Below, in pieces: positions 1 to 13,698 of a stretch of DNA of 64,000 nt. This stretch comes from Trichosphaerium sp. ATCC 40318 (lineage: Eukaryota > Protista > Tubulinea): positions 80,167-144,166 of the forward strand of contig JALMLS010000416.1 in the NCBI GenBank assembly GCA_038496445.1, in the 5' to 3' direction. The notes beneath the pieces were generated by a model. It saw only the letters and a program-made list of their open reading frames with translations. It was not told the DNA's origin and made no database searches. The stretch's first letter is position 1, and each line of letters begins with the position of its first letter. A program made the translations under genes and the position numbers.

Positions 1-263
1 GACGTTGCAGCCGCTGAAATAATTTCTGGCCTAGATCCTCAAAACAACGAATGTCACATGGAATATAACATGTTTAACTGGTGAGTTGATACTTTTTTTG
101 ATCTAATGATCGCGATATAAAAGACGGGCTTTGTCACAGGCCTAATTTGGTTTTTAGTCCAATCTCCACTAATATAGTACATAGCGCGGATAACTCACCT
201 CCTAAACCATTTATACACGCTCATAGACATGAGACAAGCACACAAACAACGAAAAAACGGAAA

Positions 264-745
264 ATGGCAACCCCGCCTTCTACAACTAAGGACAAGCCTA
301 ATTTGATGAGACTTGTCGCATCACCGAGCGGAAAATGCTGTCCGAACTGTGGAACAGAACATGCACCCCTATGGCGTTATATGGAGTACAAAGGAGAAGT
401 ACAATATCTGTGCAATGCATGCGGATTGCGTAAAAGCAAAGGGAAATTCTGTCTAGGTATGTCTCTACGCGTTGATAGCTTCCGGATCTTTTTTTGTTCT
501 CGTGAAAGAACAGCGTTACTCCGTTTAGTTTTTTTTTATATTGCCGTCGGATAACAACCCCGAAAAGTGATCATGACTTCTTACAATGTTTAGGATGTGA
601 TTATGTTTATAGAAGAGAGGATGTAAAGAGTAATCCAAAAACATGGTTAAAGTGCACTTTGTGCCGACGGCTATCTCATGCAGCATGTATAAAAGGAGCA
701 GTTAAACCTTGGGTATGTAGTACATGCCAAGGAAAGTGCTTATAG
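264..745 (+). CDS. Small GATA zinc finger + PHD finger protein (2 exons)
   Basis: Exon 1 encodes CPNCGTEHAPLWR...LCNACGL (GATA type). Splicing the GT-AG intron at ~457-593 gives CLGC...WLKCTLCRRLSHAAC...WVCSTC (C4HC3 PHD pattern), with TAG at 743-745. Confidence 0.85.
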
Positions 746-1433
746 AGGAGGAGAAAAAACAGGGAGATTGTATTATAAACACAAGAAAAAAAAGTAAAAA
801 CCACACTGTATTATTGCTACACCACAAAACACAGTCTACAATTTCTTTTTTTCTCTATTAAAATAACCTACCGAACATGGAGGAGTACCATTTTCTGTTT
901 TTAGTCACGTACGATATAACGACATAATACAACTCCGAATTTGGTTCAAAGGATCTTCACCAAATGTTACGCATAGTTTGACAACTCCCAACGATACGGA
1001 TTAGTACGAGGAAGGTACTTAGTACATCTTGAACAATTGTCGGACGCTAGAACTTTTTGTTCCGATACACATACGCTATCCGGCATCAACAAATTGCTTA
1101 CAACCGTTATTTACACCCTGAACCAAACAAAACTCAAAGAGAAAGAGTTCACACTAAAAGCTCGGGCAGCTAATCTTCGCTCGAAAACACAGCACAAAGT
1201 GCGAACCAGCTAGACAAGAATAACCACGCACCTATGATCCATTTTAATGTAAAACTGTCCAGCTAGTGATTATTACGCTTAACAAAACAGCTACTAGTAG
1301 GTTTTTTTTTGTACACCTCGGTTAAGGGAGAAGCGTTTAAACAGTTTGTGTTCCAGTTTTTTCCCACAGCCAGTCGTTCAAACTTATTCTCGATGCAAAA
1401 AGACAGCTTTGGCCTTTAGATGGTTACACCAGT

Positions 1434-4400
1434 ATGAGCAGCGACAATAAGAAATATCGCCGCAGTTCAAAGAGGCCAAGTACTGCAGCTATACAAGTTA
1501 TTTGTAATGACAATAATTAGCCTCACCAAGTGAGACGGCATCGTTTTCAGTGTCCTCGCCTAGGAGTACAGGCAGCGGTACAGTCCAACAACATGTTAGG
1601 TAACTAGCTTATTGAAATTGTATATTGTGTTAATGTGGCGTAGAAGAAACACAACTGCATCACCAAAGCCTATGTTCAAAGCTGGAGATTCGGTAAATTT
1701 AGTTTTGATCTAAAAGCGTTGTTTACTCTTCTAGGACTTTCTATCTATTCTAGAGAACCTTCTAGACGGCATGGGATTATCAGCTATCGAAACAAATAGA
1801 GTTAGGCAATCAATAGAAAGCCACCGCGTACCTGAGGACATAAGCGGTCTAGGAAGACTGGATAAAAAGAGATATATTTTGGTACACTTATAATTTTAAT
1901 TCGCGTCTATTTTGTATCTGAACAACCTAAAATACGCTATACTGCATTCAAGAGCCCAAGCACAAAAAATATTGGTTAATACCTCTTTTGGCTTTTGTTT
2001 TCTATTGCATCTCTTATCGCTTATAATCTGTCAAGGTGTCTGTTATAGACTACTGCCAACTATGCATACGCGATATCGATAGAAAACGGGCAGTTATAAA
2101 AATGCAAAAGGTAAAATAACGCTTACTCAGTACTAAAAAAGTGCCATTTAATAATAAATGGTATCTCATAGGTAGTCAGAGGGTTTTTAGTCAGAAACAA
2201 GCTCAGAAAATATCGTAAGTATTTTGAACTAAATTCTGGTTTTGGTTGAACTTACATCTACATTCTTCTTACTCTGCTGCGCTTAGGGGCTTTATACGCT
2301 GAAGATAAAGGAACATCAATAGCATACCGTAATGAGGCATTGCGTGAAATGATAAGACAAGAAGAGAGATATGTGAAGCATTTACGCATTATTATATACG
2401 TACGAGCGTTTTCTTTTTTTTTTTTTTGTTTTCTTGATAGATTGCTTGTATTTTGTTTACACGCGCTTCTTTATGGTTTATTCTTTTTATTAGGAGTATT
2501 TGAAGCCTCTACAAGAACCAAAGAACCCTTACGGTGTCACTATAGCTGACGTACATGCATTATTCTCAAATGCAGAAATCCTTTATAGTGTGCATCAAGA
2601 GCTTTTAATTAAGTTCAAAGCACTCATACCTATGATGCCTTATGTCAGAAATATTGGTAGAGTATTTATAAGTACTGTAAGTCCAAAGAAAGCGTTTTTT
2701 TATTTCAGCTCCAAAAAAATTTCGCTCAATAGTCGTCTAACTGGTTTTATATAGGCGCCACTTATGTCTGCGTACGGATCTTATGTAGAAAATTCAAAGC
2801 ACGCAATGCGGACACTAGTCCGTCTTCGCGAGACAGTACCAAAGTTCAATACTTTCTTGAACGAGAATAGACACGATTTCCGCCTTGATGAGATGATTAC
2901 ATTCCCTCTCAATAGAATGGCACAATACCAAACTCATCTAGAGGTAAGTTAAGGTTATATATGTTGGTTGTACTCTTCCAGAAGGGAGTAGTACCTTCTC
3001 GAAGCAATTGCATTCAATTGTTGTGATAGTTGCTTTGTTAACCATTTTTTACAGATGATTCTTAAGCTTACACCAAAGAACCACCCTGATTATAGTGAGC
3101 TTTCTAAAGCTGGAACCATGATGATGAAATTATATCAGTTTATTCAAGAGAGTGTTAGACAGGCGTCTAATAAGGCTGATATTCTTGAAGCACAGAGAAA
3201 AATCCAAAATTACCAAGTATGCTCTTTTTTGCTTGTTTTTGGCTTCAACTTCGAGGTTTAATCGTTTACCCATGTTAATGTAATATCAAGGGCCATCTGT
3301 ATACACCTCAGCGTGTGTTATTAAAAGAAGGAAGAATTCTATTAATGAACAAAGGAAAGAAATCAGCACGGTATTGTTATTTGTTTAATGATCTCGTGTT
3401 GTTGTGTAAGGATGAAGGAAAGGATAAGCTCAAATTGAAGGAAGAAATGACAATTACACAAAATACAAAGGTCGGTGCTTCTGTTGAACGTGGTTATACG
3501 TTTACACTAGGATCAGAAACTCAGTATGACATGGTATGTGCTTTTTGGGTTTTTTTTCAACTGTTTACTTTTTGGTCAACTTTTTACTGTTATCTGACTC
3601 TGGATTAGGCTTTGGAAACTAAGCCTGAGTATGAGCAATGGTATGCATCTTTCCAAGCTTGTGTGAATGCGCTCATCAAAAAAAGTCGTGTTGGTACGTT
3701 GGGAGAAGAAAAAAATTGTCTTTTTTCATCATCTTGGATAAAAATATTGACTCGTTCACTAGTTTTTGGAGCAGCACTTGCAGATGTTCTAGAACAAGAT
3801 ACTAGAAAGTCTGGCGGAGTACCACACGCTATCAATGTGCTTATTGAAGAAGTTGAGAAAAGTGCGTTAAAATAGTTTTTTCTCCGTATTTTTGTCTTAT
3901 GTTTGTAGATTTGGATAAGGAGGGTATATACCGTGTACCTGGGAATGATGAGACTGTATTGATGATTAAGAAAAAAGTTGACACTTGTGCGCTTTTAGTC
4001 GAATATTCAGTTGCTCTTTTCGTTGCTTTTGGCTAAAACTATCTTAGTTGATGAATATAAAGATCCTTTCGTTGATGGCACACCGTGGGACGTTGCCGGT
4101 GTTTTAAAACTTTATTTCAGAGAGCTTCCAGGTCCATTGCTTACATACGCAATGTATGAACCGCTAACACAATTTCAATGTAAGTTTTCGACAGTTAAGA
4201 GCCAATCTTGTGCACTTGTGTGCTACCGATCTTTTTTTGTAGACTCATCGAACATTATCTCACCATAACGTAATAGGTGTGCCTGATGATATCTTAAAGC
4301 TTGCTGAATTAGTAGCGGAACTACCAAAAGAAAACTTGGAGTTACTTAAATGCTTTATGCGCCATCTAGGAAGAGTACGCTTTCTTTATAATACAGCGTT

Positions 4401-5554
4401 TATTTGCTTTATTTTATGAGGCTTTTCGTACTTTTAAGTAACGCTTCGCGTAGTTGACCGAGCATTCTGAGACGAATTTAATGACAGCTAATAACTGTGC
4501 TTTGATTTTTGCTCCTAGTTTGATCTACCCAGAGGAACAAACAATTCAATACACATTAATGCTTCCTCGATTGTTTTTCGCTGTTCAAGCTATGATAGAG
4601 GACTACGATCTTGTATTTGGTACCAGCGGAAAGTCACCAAGTCCTGCATCCAGTACAAATACCCCAACGACCGTATCGCCAATTGTACGTTTTTTTTTTC
4701 AAAGCAAATTGGGCGAAATGTTTGATTAGTGACATTTTTGCTCTACACTTTTTTTTGTGTTTTGTGATTTCTAATGTCCCTCCAAAGAAGGCAGAACGGT
4801 CTACTAGTCCTCAGCCTTATGCACACGATTCGTTGCGATCGAGTAGACGCCTAAAGAAGAAGAAATCTGATGTTGTAAGCCCTTCTAAGCGTGCTAGACC
4901 AAAGAAGCGTGTTAGTAAAGCTGGTGTATGTGGTTTTGTATACCGACGACTATTTACTTATCTCTCTATTAGCTATCAAACTCTGCACGATACAAGAAGC
5001 CTCTTCCTGTTGCACCTAATATATTTATGAAGAATTCATCTTCTTTCGTTACAGTAAAGAGTAATACGGTACGTAATAGTCTATTTCTATTACCCATAAG
5101 CATGTTATATACGTTGTGTATGTTTTACTCACTTATGTTGTAGTTAAACGGAACTAAAAGTACTTCCAAAAAAGTACGTAGCCTCTTTTGATTTGTTAAG
5201 TCTGCTTTAACTTATTGTTGCTTTTTTAGGAGATTACAAAACCAGGTTCATTTAGTGGTATGGAAAGTGCAAAACCTCCTCCTCCTTTAGCTTCAACTAC
5301 AGAGAAGAAACAGCAAAGAGTTGTTGCATTGTATACCTATCAAAAACGTGCACCAAATGAAATTAGTAAGTTTTTGTTTTTTTTTTTCGTTCTAAATTCA
5401 AAGAAAAAAGAAGGAACTCACGCTGTTGTTTTTAGGTTTTTCAAAAGGTGATAAACTTGTTGTTCTTAATAAAGATACAAGCGGTTGGTGGGAAGTTTTA
5501 AAGAATGGAGAATCTGGATGGGTACCTGCCAATTACCTAGAGCTTTTGGCGTAA
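1434..5554 (+). CDS. Multi-exon IQ-RhoGEF(DH)-PH-RhoGAP-SH3 protein
   Basis: Spliced motifs: AVIKMQKVVRGFLVR (IQ); ALREMIRQEERYVKHL, LFSNAEIL, PLNRMAQY, LKLTPKNHPDY (DH); LLKEG..RYCYLFNDL (PH); EGIYRVPG, VAGVLKLYFRELPGPL, NLMTANNCALIFAPSL (RhoGAP); ALYTYQKRAPNEISF..GWWE..GWVPANYL (SH3). Confidence 0.9.
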
Positions 5555-5953
5555 AAAAAAAAATACACAAAAAAACACAAAAAAGCAAGCTTCCCTCTGT
5601 AAATGTAATTTAGCCCCAGAATTGAATAAAAATTTAAAAAACATTAGTTGCGAGATAGTAAAGAATTAGGCGAAGAACACAACAAAGCAGCATTTGTTAA
5701 CAGTAAAGAATACTTGTGCCTGGTTACTTTCAATCTTTACAATTTTGTTCTTTGAACTTCTTTATTTGGTTGTACATTGAAAAAAAGGTTGACAGTTTCA
5801 TAACCCTAACACAAAAGGAAATCATAGTGCAGACGAAAATAACAACCGTAGTGTTCGATGATGTTCTAATCGATAAGAAAAAAACCACGTGATACACGTG
5901 GTTTTCTGTCAACAAGCTGTTTTATTATTTTGTTTACACTGCTTATAATTTTT

Positions 5954-8900
5954 TTATTCGCGCTCTCCATCATCTGATTCATTTGTGTCTTGAGTTTGTA
6001 TAAGTCCTTGTATCGATGTCATTCTTCCACGCTGAATTCTGTCTTCTTCTTTTTCAATCATGTGCTTTTTCTTCTCATCGCTTTTTGTGCTTTCTTCAGA
6101 TTCTGAGTCTATATTTGGTATCTTAATATATGTATCTTTTGATACAATACAGGATGCTATTAGTGGTACTATTATCTGTAAAATAATCATTGCAGCAATA
6201 GGTACAACTATTATTGTTGCAAATAAAAGACCATATGAAGGATAAGATATGAATGAGTTCAACATGAAAAGAGTTATTGAAGAAGCCAAAAGCGCAAGAA
6301 GTTCAGAGATGTACACATTGTAGAATTTGTATGGTACAACAAAGAATAGTATGAATGCGAATATTAGATCGTATATTGCTAGAATAAGGAACTGTGAACG
6401 GATGTTCCATAAGTATGTTGCCAGAATGACAAATCCAATTCTATGAAAAAAATCAGGAAGAAACTCAAAAAGAAGTAAAAAGTTTTGAACTTACCTTTGC
6501 AAGAACTGAACAGCCTTGACTCGGTGACTCATCAAAGATCGTAGGTGTGTTAGTATAGATGCTCTTCTATCCTTTTCTATGTCGTATGATGCTAATTCTT
6601 CAAACAAAAATGCGTTTTGGTGAAGAAACTCCGAGTCTTCTGAATCTAAAGAAAGAAATAAGAAAACGAAAAGAGAAAAAGTTGACTTACATTCTTCTGT
6701 TTGAAAACAAAGAAACTTTTTATCTTTGTTTGATTTCTTATCTACCATAGCTTTCACAGAGAAATTACACGAAGTTTCACCGCCACAGCACTCGAGCTTG
6801 AGTTTCTACACAAAAGTTAATAAAATTATGAATTTTTCTGACTTACTTTGACGTTCGTCCATCCAAGTCCTGGTGGAGAATGCTTTTCTTTAAATTCTCT
6901 TGACTTGGGTTCATAGTATATTATGTATAAACTGGCGAACGCAATCAAAATGAATAATCCAATACCGACACCGAATAAAATGACTGCAAGTGAAACTTTT
7001 GGAATAGGATATGTCACTATTGGTTTGGATGACGTCAAGTTATCTTTGTGTATTGAATCGGCATGTATGAACTGTAAGTCGATGAATATACGCAATAGCG
7101 ATCCTAAAACAGGAACAAGGAAAATATTAAGAGCCAAGTCGAGGATAAACGTCCATCCGAGTTTCAGTTTAAATCCGCAACAATTAAATCCTAACTTGGC
7201 TTAAAACTTGAACTCAACTCACAAGTATCACGTGAGATAGTAATATAAAACGTGATCTTACCTTTAAGATTCGTTAGTTTCCATGTAAATAGCGAAATAA
7301 TGGCTAACACAAAGGCTATTGCAAGCAATTTGGGAACAAAGTAAGCGCCAATTTGATAAATCTAATCAAACAATTACTAACACGTTTTGTCAAATCAAAT
7401 TGAATTACTGTTTCAAAAGCTGTCCATTTAGATATACCAGATCCTGTAGCTGCAGGGAATGACGAAAACATGACTGCATCGTAGGCAGGGTAAAGATCTA
7501 TTTAAAAAAAAGTGTAAGTCAAGAGTTAAACGAAACACCGTCAATGCAATTGGAAAGTGAAAACAGAAGTTACTACAACTATGACCAATAAACGTACCCG
7601 CCATAGATGTAGCTAAGAAGTAGTTGTTTCTTGTTGGTAGTAGTATACTTTGAAAGAAACTCAAAGCAAGCTAAACAAAGAAAAGTTATAAAACGCACGT
7701 GCAAGGAGATAAAAAAAAGGAAAAATGACGTACAAGAAGTTGAGATGATTGCCAGAAACTTTGACAACACGAAAAATGAGATCCTACTTGTGCTGAAGCT
7801 GTAGCAGCAATTAAAACTATTGAAGCTATATTTATGCTGTTTTTTTCTGGTATTGTCAAGTTCAACAAGGCACATCTATCACCTAACCATGATGCATAAC
7901 AAACGCAGTATCCCAGTGTAACATTACAATATCCGTTGATACACTCGTAAGGACATCCTGATTGATTCGTTGGAGGAACCGTTGTTGGTGTCACGTGTGA
8001 TGGTGCTGATGGGTGCGCAGGTGCTGTCGTTGGTGTAGTGTGGGAGTGTGGAGGCAAAGCGGGCGGTGCAGGAGTTGGCGTTGATGGGGGAGAAGGAGTT
8101 GGGGTTGACGGTGTTGGCACTGATATAGGTACTGATGGGATAGGATTTGATGATGGCGGCAGTGTTGTAGGAGGTGTGATGGATGATGGTAATGTAGGTG
8201 CGCTGGTTGGTGATGTTGTAGGCGAAGATGTTGGTGTTACTGTTGGAGCTTGTGTTGGCGATATTGTTGGAGCTTGTGTTGGTGATGATGTTGGAATGAA
8301 TTCTGGACACATAGATGTAGCTCTTGTGCCTATCAGGCAATTTTCGTATGTTGATGCTTTACAACCTGGTACTTGAAAATCTCCAGTAACGTTAAAACAC
8401 CAGCTACAATCCTTGTAGCCAACGCACTCCTTCAAAAAAAACATTAGAAAGAAAAGTCAAATGAGAAAAAACCAGAACTCTTGTACGGTACATCCAGACA
8501 ACCTTCTCAAAGACATGTAAAGACTGTAGGTGGATGGTACAACAAGGTTTTAAACGGTAAGGTATTTGTGGCATGTAGTAGAAGTAGAAAGTGTTGGCAC
8601 CAATAGTCGGCGACCAAAAAAAAAAAACCTTGAAATAAAAGTTACTTACCGTACATGTTGCTTTGGATTCACAAAAAGGTTCAGCATTAACCCCAGTAGA
8701 TGTAAATATATAAGACATACCAGTTGACACTTGATACTTTCCACCATTGAGGGAGGATATCTTAGTTTCGTAGCCTTAAACAAAAGGTAAATTACTTGTA
8801 CAAAAAAGAAATAATTGAAGAACTTTCTTGGTTCTTTCTTACCTTGTGGTAGTAACTGGCTTGTGCTAAAGAGGTATAATTGTGGGTCGATTTTTAAAAT

Positions 8901-9718
8901 CAAGCCGGCCGCGTTGTAGAAAAAGGTTGCTGCAGATGGCACCCAAGGAAGACCCAGTTGAACTACATTTGCCTTCCATGTTGTAGCGAAAGTGCTTTCG
9001 CTTCTGACTTGAAGTGTATCGGCAGTTACTATTCCAGCTACATAATGTAAGTATTTACCAATTTGTGGTAGTGTATAGAGGCCAAGAATTGATTAAGATA
9101 AGAGTCCAAACGGAAAAGAAAGAACCTTTCCAGAGTGGAAAGACAAAGTTTTTTTTGAAAAACTTTCTGATGAATTGATCGACATACAGCTTTGTAAATA
9201 GTTATTGGCTGTTAGCAGTAGACTCATCTCAAAGTACTTATTCGTTTGCACAGTGCTATACAATGATGTTTTTAGCTTAGGTGTTTGTGTAACACAAAAA
9301 AGGGAAAATTATCCAAAAAAGAGGAAATTATGAAATAAATAATCTAAGAACGACTAAAATACGCACTTTGTGGCTGAATAACTACCATTTAAGTTACCGA
9401 CATAAAGAAAAGTTGATGTTTGGTCTGTAATTGTAAAACTAGCTCTTCCAAGGTATCCAATGCATTTAGTGCCTGTTGCGATGACTGTATCATCTTGAAA
9501 CGTTATTGGAGACAAAACACTGTTAAAACGTTACTCATTTAAATCATCACGTGATAATACGCATATATTACTCTAATTATAACGACGTACGCGCGGTATA
9601 AGCCAAAACATTGTAATGTATCAGGTTGATTGTTGTATACTGTTACAACGCCCGAAGTAAACGTAGCGGATGAAGCAAGAGAAGTTATTAACAGTAATAG
9701 TAGACAACATCTCAGCAT
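5954..9718 (-). CDS. Large multi-exon membrane protein: signal peptide, Cys-rich ectodomain, Pro/Thr/Ser-rich stalk, EGF-like domain, multi-pass TM region
   Basis: MLRCCLLLLLITSLASS signal at 9718. Exon 7686-8444 has CSWC, a PTQAPT stalk and CINGYCNVTLGYCVCYASWLGDRC (EGF). Several hydrophobic exons lie at 5954-7460. Some internal boundaries are uncertain. Confidence 0.7.
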
Positions 9719-9915
9719 TGTAGGTTAACCTTTGTTTGACTGTTTTGTGAAACACGCCGCTAGTAAAAAACAACCTCAAGCCAAGGGCACTCCTTAAGTG
9801 CCGAGTCACCATGCTGACGTGGCGTGGATTGTGTAGCCTAAAATATCATTGGATGTGTACCTTTGTTAAAAATAATCTAAAAATCCGAAAATATCATAAC
9901 ACATCTTCACACTCT

Positions 9916-10171
9916 AAACAAAAGTATCCTCTAGGTGGGGTAATGTAGTTATTTAAATAATTTAAGAATTTGTTTTCATTCAGATGCACTTCCTAAGGTA
10001 GCCGCTAATAGATTTGTAACTTTTTTTGTGGATTTTTTGTTGGTTTTATAGACCGACCATTGTGTGTCTACTTTTGTTAGCCACTACGAAAGATTTAAGG
10101 GAGGGGGTTGGTAATGCGTGCCGCTTCGGTTAGTCAAACCGAAACTAGCTTTGGAGAACTCTATCTGATAT
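9916..10171. repeat. Dispersed structured repeat, copy 1 (candidate non-autonomous Helitron2/Helentron-like element or ncRNA)
   Basis: Shares collinear blocks with 52690-53021 (AAACAAAAGTATCCT; TTTGTTTTCATTCAGATGCACTTCCTA; TTGGTTTTATAGACCGACCATT; GCCACTACGAAAG; GCTTCGGTTAGTCAAACCGAAACTAGCT; ATCTGATAT). Confidence 0.8.
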
Positions 10172-10426
10172 TTAGCAGATACTCATATCTTTATCTCCGC
10201 CCTCACAATAAGGGATATAGCTGGTATACCTGTGATTAATTTTATAAGTTGGAGCCAGTTTGGCTGACTTGCTGACAAAACAAGCGTCCAACTCTGTAGT
10301 AGTAATACATTTCAGTTCATAATCAAATAAAAAAAAAGACAGGTGCCAAATGATCATATCTCGGGAGATATTGTTTTATTATTCTATCTGGCAACATTCT
10401 TGATAAACGGTTTTTCTAGATCGTTT

Positions 10427-12669
10427 TTATAGGATTGTTAATAGGTTTTGCCAGTTATTACAGTAAGCCCAAGTATTGTAATCAAGAGTTTTCATTTCGA
10501 GAGGAACGTTGAACTCTAAAACCTCGTTTTCAGGAAAAAATGTCTTCCATGGGGTCCCTGGTACTCCTGAAACAGCCATAGACTTCCATAATCTATACAA
10601 TCGATTATCAAATAAATGGTGTTACTCTTTAAAAGCTAGTAAAATCATACGCTGCCATTTTGTGTGAAATGTCGATGTCATCTTCAGTGAAAGTTCCATT
10701 GACAAAATAACTCCGTTGGAATATGTATGGTACTATTACATTGTAAGTTTTAAGGTTACTAAATATATGAATCGATTATACTTACACTCGTAGGTGTGCG
10801 TAGCATTAAGGAAGGATGTTGGACCTTCGGGGAACTTTGTGAAGTGATATCTAAAATATGAGTATGGCTGATATTTCCCAATAAACGGAGAAGCTAGTTG
10901 TACTCCACATGCAAGTTGAAAGTCTCCAAAAATCTTTGCAACACCTTGCCAATATCCTCTTGTCTCAGTATAAGGAGCATACCTGAAAAACCCAAGTGAG
11001 TAAATACGTAAAAGCAAACAGCACATACCATAACTTAGCGAGCTCAATATATCTATCAGGCAAACCATCCAAAGATACAGCGACTAGCTGGTTATACGCT
11101 GCTTCATCAATACCTAACAGTAATCTTAGTACCAATGACATAACATCAGAAAGAAGGAGCTCGAAACAGCTGTACCTTCGTCGGGTGTCCTTCCACTGCT
11201 ATCAAATGTAAATATGTTTCCTTCGTATTCTTGAGTGCCTATTATCATAGGATACTTTCTGTATAACCCACTTTGGAACAAAGCCAGTGGTTGTGCGGGG
11301 ATGGTTGTTCCACCGGCAGTAGGAATATAGGATACCTGTTAATAGTCAACAAAACTGCATGTTAAAACAAAAATCATACTCCAGCTTTAAATGTTTCAGT
11401 GATAAGCGTTTCAGCTGGTATTTCCTTCAGGCATCTTAAAAAATACTCAGTAAGTAAATAATGTAAAAATCACTGGTACTCTGTATTGGAGCAACCAAAG
11501 AGTTGCAATACTTTCTGGGTAATCTGCATACTAGTTTCTGTTGATGGAAATCTCCATGGACCAGGACTCTCCGCGATTAAAGCACTACAGAAAATAATGA
11601 GAATGTAGTTCAGAACAAATTGGAAGAACTACAAAGATCTTATGACGTAAGAATTACAACAAAGGAAACCTACTAGTAGTATGGATGATTATATTTTAAA
11701 CGAAAGGAAGTATACTTACCGTATAGGAACATTTTGGATTGTTGGAGGTAGAATACTTTGTAGCAATACGCTCATACCACCTGCTGATTCACCAAATACC
11801 GTCAAGGTGCTAGGATCGCCACCAAAAGCATGTATGTTTTCATAAACCCATTTAATAGCTAAAGCTTGATCTTGTAGTCCAGCATTTTCGTGTTGTTTGT
11901 TATCTTCGTTGTAATAAAACCCAAAGATATCAACTCGATATCTACACGCAAAAAGAGTTAATTCACATATCACGTGATATACTTTCTATGGAATAACTTT
12001 TTTGTACGTACGACACGGTGACGATAATTGAATCTGTTTGAGCAGCAAGCTGTCCTCCAGGGTACGCATTCGTGCCTCCAAAAATAAAACCACCACCGAA
12101 AACTACAAACAATAAAATAAGACCGGCAACTTGCCTTTCACTTTTACGTACTGAATAGTAATACTGGCGTTTCCGACTGCATTGGCATTGGCGTAAATAC
12201 GTTGAGGTATAAACAATCTTCAGAGGTCTCATCCGAACTAACCACAAAGGGACCTTGAACACAAACCGGCTTGTAACTTTCCAAAAAAAAACAGTTAGAA
12301 GAAAAGGTTTTTGATTTTTCATCTCGTACTCTTTCGCGTCAATGATTTCAGTCCAATCATCTACAGGATACGGAGCCTGAAATCGCTTTTCTCCGATAGG
12401 TGGAGCTGCGAATGGTATACCTAGTGAACATTACGAAAAAGACGTATAAGTTCGAATATGAGCGTACCGTGGAAATAAGTAAATGGGAGCGCCTGAGTTG
12501 TATCTAAACAGTTTTAATATCTAGCATTAATGTAGATTAACGAACTGTAGTGTCCTTGAACAGGCCCATTATTTGTATGAACAACAGGTGGAGACGATCC
12601 AAAATAATTTAAACACGTGATTGTAATGATGAAGGTCGAAAAGAGGATAGTCACCAAGGTTTTTACCAT
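10427..12669 (-). CDS. Secreted type-B carboxylesterase/lipase
   Basis: Signal peptide; GIPFAAPPIGEKRF, SEDCLYLNVFTP, FGGGF, NAGLQDQALAIKWV, FGGDP..TVFGESAGG (catalytic Ser). Confidence 0.92.
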
Positions 12670-13698
12670 GATCTGTTGTAGCGGATATATGTACCGTGAT
12701 CTACAAACACATGCACCGGGAGGAAAGATACGCCGGGGGAAAAATATTTAAATAGACGCTAGCAATGTAGTTTCGACAACTAGCGCATGAATTCTACAAA
12801 CGTAAAAAAAACACAATCAGTAAACGATCTGTTGGCGTTGCTAGATATCCAGGTCACAGTTCACAAATTAATGGGATCCTCAACCATATACAACGTATTT
12901 TCAACTTGTTACCATCACATTCATTTACTACTGGCTTTAAACAAGTTCTGGTAAAGTTTATCTAACGTCACTTAGGGTTTTTTTTGATCGAACGGAACAT
13001 TGGTGTACGTGGTGGTATTCCCAAATAATAACCTGAAAGATTAACTCACTATTTACCACAGATAATAGAGCGGAATGAGCGGAAGTAGAATTAATGTTGG
13101 TAGCTTGTTACAGCGCACAACATTGCGTATCAATTGGTTTTAAAAAAATATCTATTGCTGAAATTTGCGTCACAGTGACGCTTAGGAAAGTTGTACGATG
13201 AATACGTATTCCCTGGAGGTGTATCATAAACCCTCATACATATAACTTGAACCAAAATCACCGCTTGATTGCGTTGTTGCTGATGTTTGCAGAACTTTCA
13301 ATTTTTTTTTTGACCATTGTGAATACTAATATTACACAAGATGGCGTTAGATACACAACTTGCAGCTATGCTTAAGTAGTTGAATATTTCTTATATGACG
13401 ACATTAATATCACCGAAAAAATTCAATGCCCTCTTGCTCTGCGCTTTGAAAGAAAGAGCTTCGGAATGTTTTTTCCCAAGTCTTACCAAAAAGTGATATC
13501 GTACATTATGTACTCTTTCTAAAATAAATAAAAATATCATGCTAGAACGATACAAATAGATTTTAGACACTTATTGATGGGGTTTTATTAAATTGCAGTA
13601 CTAACATAGTGTTGTTTTGGTGGACGAGTTTATACGAAAGTCAACTGTTGTCATAGCGCTGCTCTCATGCACGAATTTAGCTTGTTGAATAAAGAGGA

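Noticed and set aside
8038-8376. Gly/Val/Asp-rich + strand ORF
   Set aside because: It is the antisense shadow of the Pro/Thr/Ser stalk exon on the minus strand.
9923-9931. U12-type donor-like GTATCCT
   Set aside because: It lies in the repeat, lacks the full RTATCCTT consensus, and has no exon context. I saw no AT-AC introns.
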